DNA of 64,000 nt from a virus, in the IMG/VR virus record IMGVR_UViG_3300037504_001229, positions 26,580 to 90,579 of that record, one strand, 5' to 3'. The notes under the pieces are model-generated. The model had not been told where the DNA came from and did no database searches. It saw only the letters and a list, made by a program, of their open reading frames with translations. The position numbers and the translations under genes are program-made. This document shows, one piece after another, positions 20,397 to 29,805 of this stretch. Within the stretch, counting starts at the first letter, position 1; the number at the start of each line of letters is the position of its first letter.

Positions 20397-21434
20397 ATGA
20401 AAGCTCTTCACTTAGCTATCTTCGATAGAAATATTGGAGACAATGCTCTTAACTATGTAATAGACAACATGTTCAAAGATAAGTTTGATACTTATAAGAC
20501 ATATAATATATATAAGAAAACTTTAATAGATAAAAATACTATTGATTACTTAAATAGTTTTGATGTCTTAATTATAGGAGGAGGTGGTTTATTATCTTCT
20601 CATGTACCGGGGAAGAAAATAACAAAGTGGGGTACTGCAATAAGAATACCTTTAGATAAAGTTAAAAGTAAAAAAGTCTTTTATTCCTTGGGTTATAATA
20701 ACTTTTATCCTGACATAGCCCCTGCTGGGAAGTTAGTAAATCAGCTAGATTATATTATTAATGATAAGAACTCTTATATAAGTCTAAGAAATGACGGGTC
20801 AAAAGAAAGGCTACAAGATTATATAGATAGTAACAAAATAAGAACAATACCTGATGCCGGGACTTTTTTCAATATTAAAAAAGAATTTCCTGAGTATATA
20901 CTTATAAATATTGCTATGGATTCAATACCTGTTCGATATGGGAGTATAGAAAAACCTTTAAAAATTCTAGAGAAGGTTTTGAAACCATACGAAAAAGAAA
21001 AAATTATGTTTGCTTTCCATACTCCCGACGATGTTAGAATAACAAAAGTAGATTATTTTAAAATATTACAAAATAAATTTAATATAAGTATTTATCCTTT
21101 TGATAATAATTATAAGAATACAATTACTTCTTGGGCAGTATATTCTAAAGCTAAATTTGTTATAGGCACAAGAGGACATTCACAGATTTTATGTGCTGGG
21201 AATTCTATCCCTTGTTTTTCTATCGATTCTCATCCTAAAATTAGAGATTATGCAAGATTAAATAACTTGGGATCCTTTTGCTCTAATATAGACGATAAAG
21301 ATATTTTTAAGAAATTTGCCTATTTTACTGAGAATATAGAAGAGTATTTAAAGAAGTGTTTGAAGTTAAAAACTATCTGGGATGAACAAATATGTAATTA
21401 TAATAAGGAACTATTGAATGAACTTTATAATTAA
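20397..21434 (+). CDS. polysaccharide pyruvyl transferase
   Basis: NIGDNA, IIGGGGL, SLRNDGS, PDA, IGTRGHS. Confidence 0.85.
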   Translation: MKALHLAIFDRNIGDNALNYVIDNMFKDKFDTYKTYNIYKKTLIDKNTIDYLNSFDVLIIGGGGLLSSHVPGKKITKWGTAIRIPLDKVKSKKVFYSLGYNNFYPDIAPAGKLVNQLDYIINDKNSYISLRNDGSKERLQDYIDSNKIRTIPDAGTFFNIKKEFPEYILINIAMDSIPVRYGSIEKPLKILEKVLKPYEKEKIMFAFHTPDDVRITKVDYFKILQNKFNISIYPFDNNYKNTITSWAVYSKAKFVIGTRGHSQILCAGNSIPCFSIDSHPKIRDYARLNNLGSFCSNIDDKDIFKKFAYFTENIEEYLKKCLKLKTIWDEQICNYNKELLNELYN

Positions 21435-22359
21435 AAATGAGTATGTAATGAATAAATATGATGTCTATTTTTCTTTACTTAAAAATGATAAAGAAATATT
21501 TGTATTTCATAGAAGTGATGTTGTAGGCAAAAAAGCAAAAACAAATAAACTGACTATAAAAGATAATAAAATAGTTAGTAAGGAAATTGTATTAAAAGAA
21601 CCTTGTTTATCTCATAACTTTAGCATTCCTCCAGATTTCAACTTTGCCATAGCAGGTTTAGAATTTCCCAAATTTAAAAAATCTAAATACAATAATAGAT
21701 TATATACTATAGACTTTAAAACTTTTGATATTAAAGAAGAACTTCCTATACATGTAGATATGGAGAACTTTGTTAAACCTAAACTTGAAAATAAAAATGA
21801 AAAAATTATTATGAGTAACTTCGATAGTATGATTTCTTTACTTAAATATCAAGATACTTATTATCTTTATACAAGAGCTAATGTCAAACAGGGCGTTAGA
21901 AATCTTCAATACTTTACTTCTAGTGATTTTAAAACTTGGGAAGCGAAGGGATTAGTTAAATTTAATCATCACATTACTTCAAATGATAGTTATTATAGCC
22001 CTTACTTTTTTAAACATCCTACTAGAGATTTATATATAGGGTGGTTAACATTTTTAGAAAAGAAAAGTAGATATAGTAGTATTAGAGTATATATATCTAG
22101 AGATTGTGAAACTTGGGAATATAAAAATGAGATTTTTAATGATAGAAGAGCTAACTTTTTAGTTAAAAGTAAAGATGTAGGTAAGATACCAGCAAACTTA
22201 AAGTCTTATTACTTTCCTGTTTACGGTTATTGGGTAGAAGATAACAAATTTAACTTTATGATTCATCATAATTATTTTGGTTTAATAAAATCAGAAGATG
22301 TTAAAATAGTTCATTATCAAATTAAATTAGAGGAACTCGATGAAATGCTTAATTTGTAA
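21418..22359 (+). CDS. beta-propeller glycoside hydrolase-like protein
   Basis: Asp-box-like TSSDFKTW and ISRDCETW; YLYTRAN. Confidence 0.5.
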   Translation: MNFIIKNEYVMNKYDVYFSLLKNDKEIFVFHRSDVVGKKAKTNKLTIKDNKIVSKEIVLKEPCLSHNFSIPPDFNFAIAGLEFPKFKKSKYNNRLYTIDFKTFDIKEELPIHVDMENFVKPKLENKNEKIIMSNFDSMISLLKYQDTYYLYTRANVKQGVRNLQYFTSSDFKTWEAKGLVKFNHHITSNDSYYSPYFFKHPTRDLYIGWLTFLEKKSRYSSIRVYISRDCETWEYKNEIFNDRRANFLVKSKDVGKIPANLKSYYFPVYGYWVEDNKFNFMIHHNYFGLIKSEDVKIVHYQIKLEELDEMLNL

Positions 22360-23032
22360 TAGCAAAAACATACAGAAAAGTAAAAATATAGTTAGATGTT
22401 TATCTTGCGGACATCAATACAAAGAAATTCAGGAAGCTAAAAATATAGAATTTCAAAGTAAGTATCATCTTAGGTCTAGATGCCGAACTTTAACTTTAGT
22501 AAATAACCAAGTACCTAAAACTTTTCATAATGAAAGATATGGAATATGTAAAAGTAGAGTAAATAAAATAAAAGGAATATTAAAAGAGGAATATACTTTA
22601 CTTGATGTAGGAGGCAGTTGTGGAACTTTTGGAGTTCATATAAAACCTTATGTCAAAGAGATAGAAATAACAGATTTAGCTAACTATCAAAAAAAGGAAA
22701 GTGAAAGACTTGGGTTTAAGTTTTATCAAGGAAATTTTTTAACTCTTAATATTGATAAAAAATATGATATTGTTACAGCCTGGCATGTACTAGAACATAT
22801 AAATGATGTAAATAAATTTATTGAAAAATGCAAAAGTTTAAGTAAAAAATACATTGTTATAGAAGTTCCTACCGAGCGAAAAATTCAACAAAATATAGAA
22901 AGTGACGGACATATTCATTATTTTACTTCTTCCTCTTTTAAAGTTTTACTTGATAAATTTTTTAAAACATATACTTTGCAAAAAGGAGTTCAAAAACCAG
23001 CTTTACTAGCTATTATAAAGAAGGGTATTTAA
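22340..23032 (+). CDS. class I SAM methyltransferase with N-terminal Zn finger
   Basis: CLIC..CLSC, LLDVGG, WHVLEH, IEVP. Confidence 0.85.
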   Translation: MKCLICNSKNIQKSKNIVRCLSCGHQYKEIQEAKNIEFQSKYHLRSRCRTLTLVNNQVPKTFHNERYGICKSRVNKIKGILKEEYTLLDVGGSCGTFGVHIKPYVKEIEITDLANYQKKESERLGFKFYQGNFLTLNIDKKYDIVTAWHVLEHINDVNKFIEKCKSLSKKYIVIEVPTERKIQQNIESDGHIHYFTSSSFKVLLDKFFKTYTLQKGVQKPALLAIIKKGI

Positions 23033-23033
23033 A

Positions 23034-23654
23034 ATGGCTATAATGAGAGAATATAAAGTATTTTTTATCCATATTCCGAGAACAGGAGGACATACTATAG
23101 ATGCTCTTTTTGGACATAGAAGAAACAAACAAAAAGATAGAGTAAAAAGACATGCATATCCAAAAGATTATAAAAATATATTTCCAAAGGAGTGGAAAGA
23201 ATATTTTAAATTTACTTTTGTAAGAAATCCTTGGGATAGAGTAGTATCAGCTTGGACAAGATCTAGAGGTTCTAGGAATTATTTAGTCGAGGATAAAAAA
23301 AATATACATGATGATAAGTGGTTTTCTCAAAATATTCGAAATTCTTTTAATGCATTTATAGAAAATGAACTTAATAATGTTTTAGTTTCTGGGCACTTTA
23401 TTCCCCAAAGTAAATGGCTTTTAAAAAGTAATAAAAAACCTTATAAATATAACTTTATAGGTAGATTCGAATACTTTGAAAGAGATCTTGGTATTCTCTT
23501 AGATAATTTAGATATAGACTATTCTCAAATACCTGTTATGAATGTTTCGAATAAAAGACCGTATATAGAATACTACAATAATAAAACACTAAAAATAGTG
23601 AAAGAACTTTATAAAGAAGAGATAGAATATTTAGGATATGAGTATGGAGAATAA
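23034..23654 (+). CDS. sulfotransferase family 2
   Basis: 5'-PSB FIHIPRTGG, 3'-PB FVRNPWDRVVS, HFIPQ. Confidence 0.88.
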   Translation: MAIMREYKVFFIHIPRTGGHTIDALFGHRRNKQKDRVKRHAYPKDYKNIFPKEWKEYFKFTFVRNPWDRVVSAWTRSRGSRNYLVEDKKNIHDDKWFSQNIRNSFNAFIENELNNVLVSGHFIPQSKWLLKSNKKPYKYNFIGRFEYFERDLGILLDNLDIDYSQIPVMNVSNKRPYIEYYNNKTLKIVKELYKEEIEYLGYEYGE

Positions 23655-24240
23655 TTTTAATTATAAAAAGTTATATGAAAATTTATACAAAATAGGGTAT
23701 CAGAAAAATGTAAATATTGGAGTATCTTATGTTGAAAGTATTTGTAATAATTATGAGTTTAATACTTTGTTAGAAATAGGATGTTCCCAAGGATACGCCT
23801 TACTAGAATTTGAAAAATACGGAAAAAAAGTTAAAGGAATCGATATTTCTAAAACTGCTGTTTCTTATTGTAAAAGTAAAGGATTGAAATGTAAAGTAAA
23901 TTCTGCCACTGATATTAAATATAGAGATAATAGTTTTGATGCTATTTTTTCTTCGGATGTTTTAGAGCATTTAATAGAGGAGGATACTTTCAAAGCTTTA
24001 AAGGAAATAGACAGGGTAACAAGAAAGTGGGTATTTCTAAAAGTTTCAAAATATAAAGAGGGTAATAGGGAGTGGATAAACAAGCTTCATAATAACAGTG
24101 AGTATTTAGAAATAGAAAATTTACACCAAACTCTATGGGATTATAAAACCTGGATAAAAAATATTAGAGAAACAACTTCCTTAAAGTTTGTCGAGAGAAA
24201 GAATAGAATATTAGTTTTTGAAAAAAGGAGTGACTCTTGA
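23638..24240 (+). CDS. class I SAM methyltransferase (type 11)
   Basis: LEIGCSQG, GIDIS, FDAIFSSDVLEH. Confidence 0.88.
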   Translation: MSMENNFNYKKLYENLYKIGYQKNVNIGVSYVESICNNYEFNTLLEIGCSQGYALLEFEKYGKKVKGIDISKTAVSYCKSKGLKCKVNSATDIKYRDNSFDAIFSSDVLEHLIEEDTFKALKEIDRVTRKWVFLKVSKYKEGNREWINKLHNNSEYLEIENLHQTLWDYKTWIKNIRETTSLKFVERKNRILVFEKRSDS

Positions 24241-24845
24241 TAAAGTATTTTTTTCTCCATGTACCTAAGTGCGCAGGTGTTAGTATTATGCATTCTTTAT
24301 GGGAACTACTAGGTAGTAAAAAAGAAATTAGAGAAATACATCATCACCCTCAAAAAACTATTGCAAGATTTGAGGAAGTTCTAGATAAATCTTTTATATT
24401 TATTTTTTCTAGGAATCCTTGGGATCGATTTATTTCTTCTTTTTTTTATAGTGTTAAAAGATATAATCCTAATAAGCCGCATTCTATCAGAAAAGTTTGT
24501 TTTAATTTTAAAGAGGATGTCAATCTTTTTATTAATAAAATGAAAGATAGTAAAAAGTTCGAAAAGAAAGTTATAAAATCTTTCCATTTTAGACCCCAAG
24601 TAAATTGGTTATATAAAAAGATCGATTTCTATGGAAAATACGAAACTTTAGAAAGAGATTTTAAAAAAGTATCAAGAATTATAAAACCGGGATCAAAAAA
24701 TATTGAACTTAAATCTTTAAATATTTCTGAAAATAGAAATAGAGAATTGCCTTATCAAAGTTATTTTTCAGAAGAAAATATTAAATATATTGGAGAATTA
24801 TATAAAGAAGATATTGATTATTTTAACTATACTTTTAACAACTAA
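24237..24845 (+). CDS. sulfotransferase family 2
   Basis: FLHVPKCAG, RNPWDRFIS, HFRPQ. Confidence 0.88.
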   Translation: MIKYFFLHVPKCAGVSIMHSLWELLGSKKEIREIHHHPQKTIARFEEVLDKSFIFIFSRNPWDRFISSFFYSVKRYNPNKPHSIRKVCFNFKEDVNLFINKMKDSKKFEKKVIKSFHFRPQVNWLYKKIDFYGKYETLERDFKKVSRIIKPGSKNIELKSLNISENRNRELPYQSYFSEENIKYIGELYKEDIDYFNYTFNN

Positions 24846-24869
24846 TATATAAAAGGAGAAGTAAACTTA

Positions 24870-26126
24870 ATGCCTTTCGAACTTAAAACAGTAGCATTTT
24901 TACCAATGAGAAGCGGAAGTAAATCTATTCCTGATAAAAATATAAAACAAATAGCAGGGAAACCTCTTTTTTATTGGACGTTAAACCCTTTAGTAAATGC
25001 TAAACTTTTAGATAAAATAGTTGTAGCAGTAGATAGTGAAAAATATGCCCTCTTAATAAAAGAATATTTTAATAATCCAAAAATTGAGATATATTTTAGG
25101 GATCAAGTAAATTCCCAAGATGGAAGTTCAACTGAAGCTGTTATTTTAGAATATATAGAAAAGTTTAGATCCCAGTTAAATACAAGAGATAATCTTCTTC
25201 TAACTCAAGCTACTAATTCCTTTATAGGAAGAAATGATGTAGATAATATTATTAACGATTTTAATAATAAAAAAGGAATTTATGATTCAATCTTAAGTGT
25301 AGCTAGTTTAGATGACAAGTTTCTTTGGACTACTGTTAACGGGGACGGCCCTAAAGTAGGAATGTCTATTAACTATGAATATTTAAAAAGACCTAGAAGA
25401 CAAGAATTTGAAAGTAATTTTTATGTAGAAAATGGAGCTATGTATATCTCTACTATAGAAAATATTCTAAAATATCAAAATAGATTAGCAGATAAAGTAG
25501 GATTATATGTTATGCCCAGTTATACAATGCATGAGTTAGACGAACCTGAGGATTATGATGTTATAGAAATGCTTCTTTTAAAGTATAAGTCTTCCGATTT
25601 TTTTAATAACGGAGAAAATTTAAAATATGTGAAGCTATTTGTATGTGATATTGATGGGACTCTTACAGATGGTAAGTTATATATTGATGAAAAAGGACAA
25701 GAACAAATAGTAGCGTTTAACAAAAGGGACGGGAAGGGATTTGAAATTCTTAGAAGTTTAAATCTTAAAACTATTTGGATTACTTCAGAGAAAAATACTT
25801 CTAAAAGTTTGGAGCAAAGAGCTAATAAGTTAAAAATAGATCGATTGTTTACTGGTGTAGATGATAAAGTAAAAGTTATAGATGATTTTTGTAAAGAAAA
25901 TAATATAAATATAAAAACTGAAGTAGCTTATATAGGAGATGATATTAACTGTAAAGATATTTTGAGTACTGTAAAATATTCTTTTTGCCCAGGTGATGCA
26001 GAAGATGAGATTAAAAAAATTCCTAATATCTATATATGCAACAAGGAAGGTGGAAAAGGATGTGTTCGAGAAGTAATAAACTTGATAAGGAATGCACATG
26101 AGCAGAAAAGTTTTAATAGTAGGTAA
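24870..26126 (+). CDS. neuA: CMP-nonulosonate synthetase fused to KdsC-like HAD phosphatase
   Basis: PMRSGSKSIPDKN, RPRRQ, ENGA; C-terminal DIDGTLTDG, YIGDDIN, GGKGCVRE. Confidence 0.92.
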   Translation: MPFELKTVAFLPMRSGSKSIPDKNIKQIAGKPLFYWTLNPLVNAKLLDKIVVAVDSEKYALLIKEYFNNPKIEIYFRDQVNSQDGSSTEAVILEYIEKFRSQLNTRDNLLLTQATNSFIGRNDVDNIINDFNNKKGIYDSILSVASLDDKFLWTTVNGDGPKVGMSINYEYLKRPRRQEFESNFYVENGAMYISTIENILKYQNRLADKVGLYVMPSYTMHELDEPEDYDVIEMLLLKYKSSDFFNNGENLKYVKLFVCDIDGTLTDGKLYIDEKGQEQIVAFNKRDGKGFEILRSLNLKTIWITSEKNTSKSLEQRANKLKIDRLFTGVDDKVKVIDDFCKENNINIKTEVAYIGDDINCKDILSTVKYSFCPGDAEDEIKKIPNIYICNKEGGKGCVREVINLIRNAHEQKSFNSR

Positions 26127-27192
26127 TGGAATTTCTAGACTAAATCATAGAGAGTTTATTCAAAAATGGAAAGATGAAATATGGGCTTGCAACTCAGCTT
26201 ATTTAGAATACTATTCTGGTGATATACCAAGACTCGATGTATTACTCGCTGATTATAATTGTTTAAAAGAAATAGTTCCGTATAAACAGAAACATGGAGG
26301 AAAATATAAACTCTTCGGTAAAAATCATAAAGCAAAAGAACTTCCTGGAGTACAACTTATTGATATGGACAGGAAATTTGTTAATGATTCTGGAAGTACT
26401 TTAGTAGCAAGAGCATTAGATAAAGGGTACGATGAAATATATGTAGTTGGATTTGATTTAGGCGGAAGGGATCTTTATGTAAAAGGGCATGAAAATAGAA
26501 ATAAAGAAAAGTGGATAAGAAACTGGAGAAAAATAGCTGGGACTTGGGGGTTACATAAAGTACATTTTATTGGATATGATCATAAAAATTTCATTCTTAG
26601 TAACAATGATAGTAAAACATATGCTGAACTTTACATGAATGGATATAATCATGTAGAATATCTTCAAGGACAAGGATTAACTTCCATTGTTAAAAATTCT
26701 AAAGTGCTTATTCTTGGGAATGGAAAATCAAGAAAGAATGAACCTATTGTTAAAAGAATAAAAGATTGGGATGGAGAAATATGGGTATGTAATGAAGCAT
26801 ATAGAGAGTATAAAAAACTTCCTAGAATAGATAGAGTTGGAACTGTTCATAACGATATAGCAAAAAGGATTGTGGATTTTAAAGAAGAAAAAGAACTAGA
26901 TTTTGATATCTACATAAGAGATATTATGACAGATAAGGATTATAAGAATAAAGTAAAATATTTCAAAGATAAGAGAGGATGGAGCACTGGAAACTTAATG
27001 ATTATTCAAGCTATATTAGATGAATATAAAGAGATAAATTTAGCTGGATATGATTTTGGAGGACCAGATTTGTATCAAGAAACCGAAAGACCTGGAAAAA
27101 ACTTTAGTAAACAATTTAAAGCGATACAAAAAGAATTTGGATATTTTAAAGGTTTTAGATTTTGGGGAAATCAACCAGATTTTTTGATTTAG
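26092..27192 (+). CDS. tandem-duplicated Maf/GT-like domain protein
   Basis: two copies of KVLI(V/L)GNGxSR..W(A/V)CNxAY..G(F/Y)D(L/F)GG; start may be 26098. Confidence 0.55.
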   Translation: MHMSRKVLIVGNGISRLNHREFIQKWKDEIWACNSAYLEYYSGDIPRLDVLLADYNCLKEIVPYKQKHGGKYKLFGKNHKAKELPGVQLIDMDRKFVNDSGSTLVARALDKGYDEIYVVGFDLGGRDLYVKGHENRNKEKWIRNWRKIAGTWGLHKVHFIGYDHKNFILSNNDSKTYAELYMNGYNHVEYLQGQGLTSIVKNSKVLILGNGKSRKNEPIVKRIKDWDGEIWVCNEAYREYKKLPRIDRVGTVHNDIAKRIVDFKEEKELDFDIYIRDIMTDKDYKNKVKYFKDKRGWSTGNLMIIQAILDEYKEINLAGYDFGGPDLYQETERPGKNFSKQFKAIQKEFGYFKGFRFWGNQPDFLI

Positions 27193-27230
27193 TTCTTTAT
27201 ATTTTGATGTAACTAGTATATAATAAAAAT

Positions 27231-27413
27231 ATGAAAACTATAGTAGAGATAGAAAAGGTTGCTCGGGATAGGTATAGTGTTTATGTAAACGAGAATGGAA
27301 AAATGTCTTATTATCCTTGTCAACACTATTCACTTAATAATAACGGGAATCTTATACTTGATAAGGAGAAAGTTATAAGATTCGACGAAATAAATATTAA
27401 GAATGTTAAGTAA
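27231..27413 (+). CDS. hypothetical protein
   Basis: ORF directly after a TTTATA-17-TATAAT promoter. Confidence 0.5.
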   Translation: MKTIVEIEKVARDRYSVYVNENGKMSYYPCQHYSLNNNGNLILDKEKVIRFDEINIKNVK

Positions 27414-27415
27414 AT

Positions 27416-27461
27416 TTTTCCAGAAAAAATACTTTAAATTTTGGACAAAAAAGTATATATT
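27416..27461 (+). promoter_or_regulatory. repeated phage promoter, class A
   Basis: TACTTTAAA..AAAAAGTATATAWT; TTTAAA(27433)-17-TATATT. Confidence 0.75.
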
Positions 27462-27473
27462 AATACTATAAAA

Positions 27474-27612
27474 AGGTTATGAGTTAACCTACAAAACTCT
27501 TTGGCGGAAGGGATATGATATATTGTCACTCCTCCAGTTCACGATAATCTATAAATCGTGTATTATTCAAACAAGTTCTCCTGGCCGGGGGAGAGTTCCC
27601 GGCTATTATTTT
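27474..27612 (+). ncRNA. candidate structured leader or small RNA upstream of RNA ligase
   Basis: non-coding; hairpins aggtta/taacct, tggcgga/tcctcca, cacgat/atcgtg, gccggg/cccggc. Confidence 0.4.
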
Positions 27613-27626
27613 AATAGAGGTAGAAG

Positions 27627-28763
27627 ATGAGTAATGAACTCCAAAAACTTCTTAGAGAAAATGATAGATACTGGTTGAAAGAACTAACAAAACCTCCATA
27701 TAACTTATCTATTAAAAATGATGGAAATCTTTATATATTTAAGTATAATCAAATCAATAGCGATTTTTCTAATAAAATAGTTCAAGAGGCAAGAGGAATC
27801 ATTTTCGATAGAGATGATAACTGGAGATGTGTATGTCGAGCATTTGATAAATTTTTTAATCTGGGAGAATCAAATGCTCATCCTATTAACTGGATGAAAG
27901 CAACTGCTCAGGAAAAAATAGATGGCAGTATAGTTAAAATCTGGAACTATAAAGGAAAAGAAGTTATTTCCACTAACGGAACTATTGATGCTAACGATGC
28001 TCAGTTACAAGTTTCTTTTGTTGATGAAGAAACCGGATTAGAAATAGATAACTATTTTCAACTAGTTCTTTTTACTCTTAAGAAAATGTATTGGTCAGAA
28101 AGAATGGGAGAGCTTTTTTCTAAACTTGATTCTAAGGCTACTCAAATGTTTGAACTTTGTACTCCATATAATAAAGTAGTTGTTCCACATAAAGATTTTA
28201 AACTATATTATTTAGGAAGTAGAGAAAATGAAAGTGGAATAGAATATTATAATATTGATATAGCTCAAATGATGCCTACCCCTAAACAGTATGCTTTTTT
28301 TACGAAAGACGAAGTTATCGAAAGGGCAAGCAACCTTCCATATGATCAAGAGGGATATGTAGTAGTAGATGATAAATACAATAGAATAAAAGTAAAGAGT
28401 CCAGCATATGTAGCAATACATCATCTTCGTGGAGAGGGAGTACCAAGTGAAAAAAGAATACTTGATTTAGTAAGAAGTGGGGAAGATGAAGAATTTCTAC
28501 AATATTTTCCTGAATATGAAGATTTATATAGGAGAGTTAAAAAGAAATGGTCGAATCTTCAAAGTAGAATCTTTGCAGATGTTAGGACTTATAAAGGGCT
28601 GTACGAAAAAGCTGATAGAAAAGATTTAGCTCTTTGGGCTACACATAACTGTTTAATACCTGCCATTATTTTTTCTCTTAAAGATGGAAAAATAAAAAAT
28701 AGTTATGAGTTCTTAGAACAACAATCAAGTGAAAAACTATTAAAATGGATGAAGGGGTTATAA
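27627..28763 (+). CDS. RNA ligase 1 (T4 Rnl1 family)
   Basis: EARGI, FDKFFN, EKIDGS, FEL, EGYVV, RIKVKS. Confidence 0.9.
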   Translation: MSNELQKLLRENDRYWLKELTKPPYNLSIKNDGNLYIFKYNQINSDFSNKIVQEARGIIFDRDDNWRCVCRAFDKFFNLGESNAHPINWMKATAQEKIDGSIVKIWNYKGKEVISTNGTIDANDAQLQVSFVDEETGLEIDNYFQLVLFTLKKMYWSERMGELFSKLDSKATQMFELCTPYNKVVVPHKDFKLYYLGSRENESGIEYYNIDIAQMMPTPKQYAFFTKDEVIERASNLPYDQEGYVVVDDKYNRIKVKSPAYVAIHHLRGEGVPSEKRILDLVRSGEDEEFLQYFPEYEDLYRRVKKKWSNLQSRIFADVRTYKGLYEKADRKDLALWATHNCLIPAIIFSLKDGKIKNSYEFLEQQSSEKLLKWMKGL

Positions 28764-28766
28764 AGA

Positions 28767-29039
28767 ATGGGATCAAGAGAATTTGATAAACCGTTTGTTT
28801 CAAAAATAAAATTCGAATTTACTCAAGAAGGAAATACTTTAGGAACTACTCATGATTTTGAGAATTTAGTTGTTTATGTAGAAAGTCAGTGTGGTAATAT
28901 AGAAGAAAAAGAAGACGACCCCTTCTATGTAATAAAAACTAGTACTGGATGGTCTATTGATTCTATTCCAGAGTTAGATGAAGTATTAAGAACAGTAAAA
29001 GAAACAGTTGAGGATCTAAGAAGGAAAAAAGATGTATGA
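28767..29039 (+). CDS. hypothetical protein
   Basis: ORF packed within operon. Confidence 0.6.
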   Translation: MGSREFDKPFVSKIKFEFTQEGNTLGTTHDFENLVVYVESQCGNIEEKEDDPFYVIKTSTGWSIDSIPELDEVLRTVKETVEDLRRKKDV

Positions 29040-29805
29040 GATTATCTATAATGAGGAAGAGTTAAAAAAGTTCTTTGATATTCTCCCTCCTCTGAAATCT
29101 ACAGAAGTATTTTTTGTTTCTCTATCTGCTCGTAACAAATATTTAATAAAAGAACTTCAGACATATTATGGACTTGGAAGAACAGAAATGTTTGAAAAAA
29201 GAATAGTTAGATATAGAGATTGGGAAAGGCTTCTTCGTACTTTAAGAAAGTTTGAAACAGCAGCTGGAAGTTATCTAACTAAGAAAGGATTAAATATTCC
29301 TAATGAATGCATTACTTGTTATATAAATATAAATCCTAGTGATACTTTAAAAGCATATAAAGAATTTAATCAAACTATGACAGAATATATGTATGAACTT
29401 GCTCATTGTGTTACTGATAATAGAGAACTTGATAATATTTCTAAGAGAATAAATAAAATGGATAATCTTCTAATGACTTGCTATCAAAAAAATAGAGGTA
29501 CAAAACATTTTATTGATATAGATTTCGATATTCCGAAAAGCGATAAAGTATTTTGGGAGTTCATTTCTAATTTTACATATCACTTAGATGATAATAATGT
29601 AAAATATTATGTTATAGATACACATTCTGGATATCATGTTCTTTTAGAAAGAAATACGGTAAAGTTTAACTTTACAGAACTATTAAAACCTCTTAATAAA
29701 AAAGCAAAAAATCTATATGATAGTGAAGTAATATTGAACAAAAATGAAATGATCCCTATTCCGGGAACACTTCAAGGAAATTACGAAGTGAGGTTTATTG
29801 AATGA
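29032..29805 (+). CDS. hypothetical protein with AEP/primase-like motifs
   Basis: IDIDFD and THSGYHVL resemble AEP motifs I and II. Confidence 0.45.
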   Translation: MYEIIYNEEELKKFFDILPPLKSTEVFFVSLSARNKYLIKELQTYYGLGRTEMFEKRIVRYRDWERLLRTLRKFETAAGSYLTKKGLNIPNECITCYININPSDTLKAYKEFNQTMTEYMYELAHCVTDNRELDNISKRINKMDNLLMTCYQKNRGTKHFIDIDFDIPKSDKVFWEFISNFTYHLDDNNVKYYVIDTHSGYHVLLERNTVKFNFTELLKPLNKKAKNLYDSEVILNKNEMIPIPGTLQGNYEVRFIE

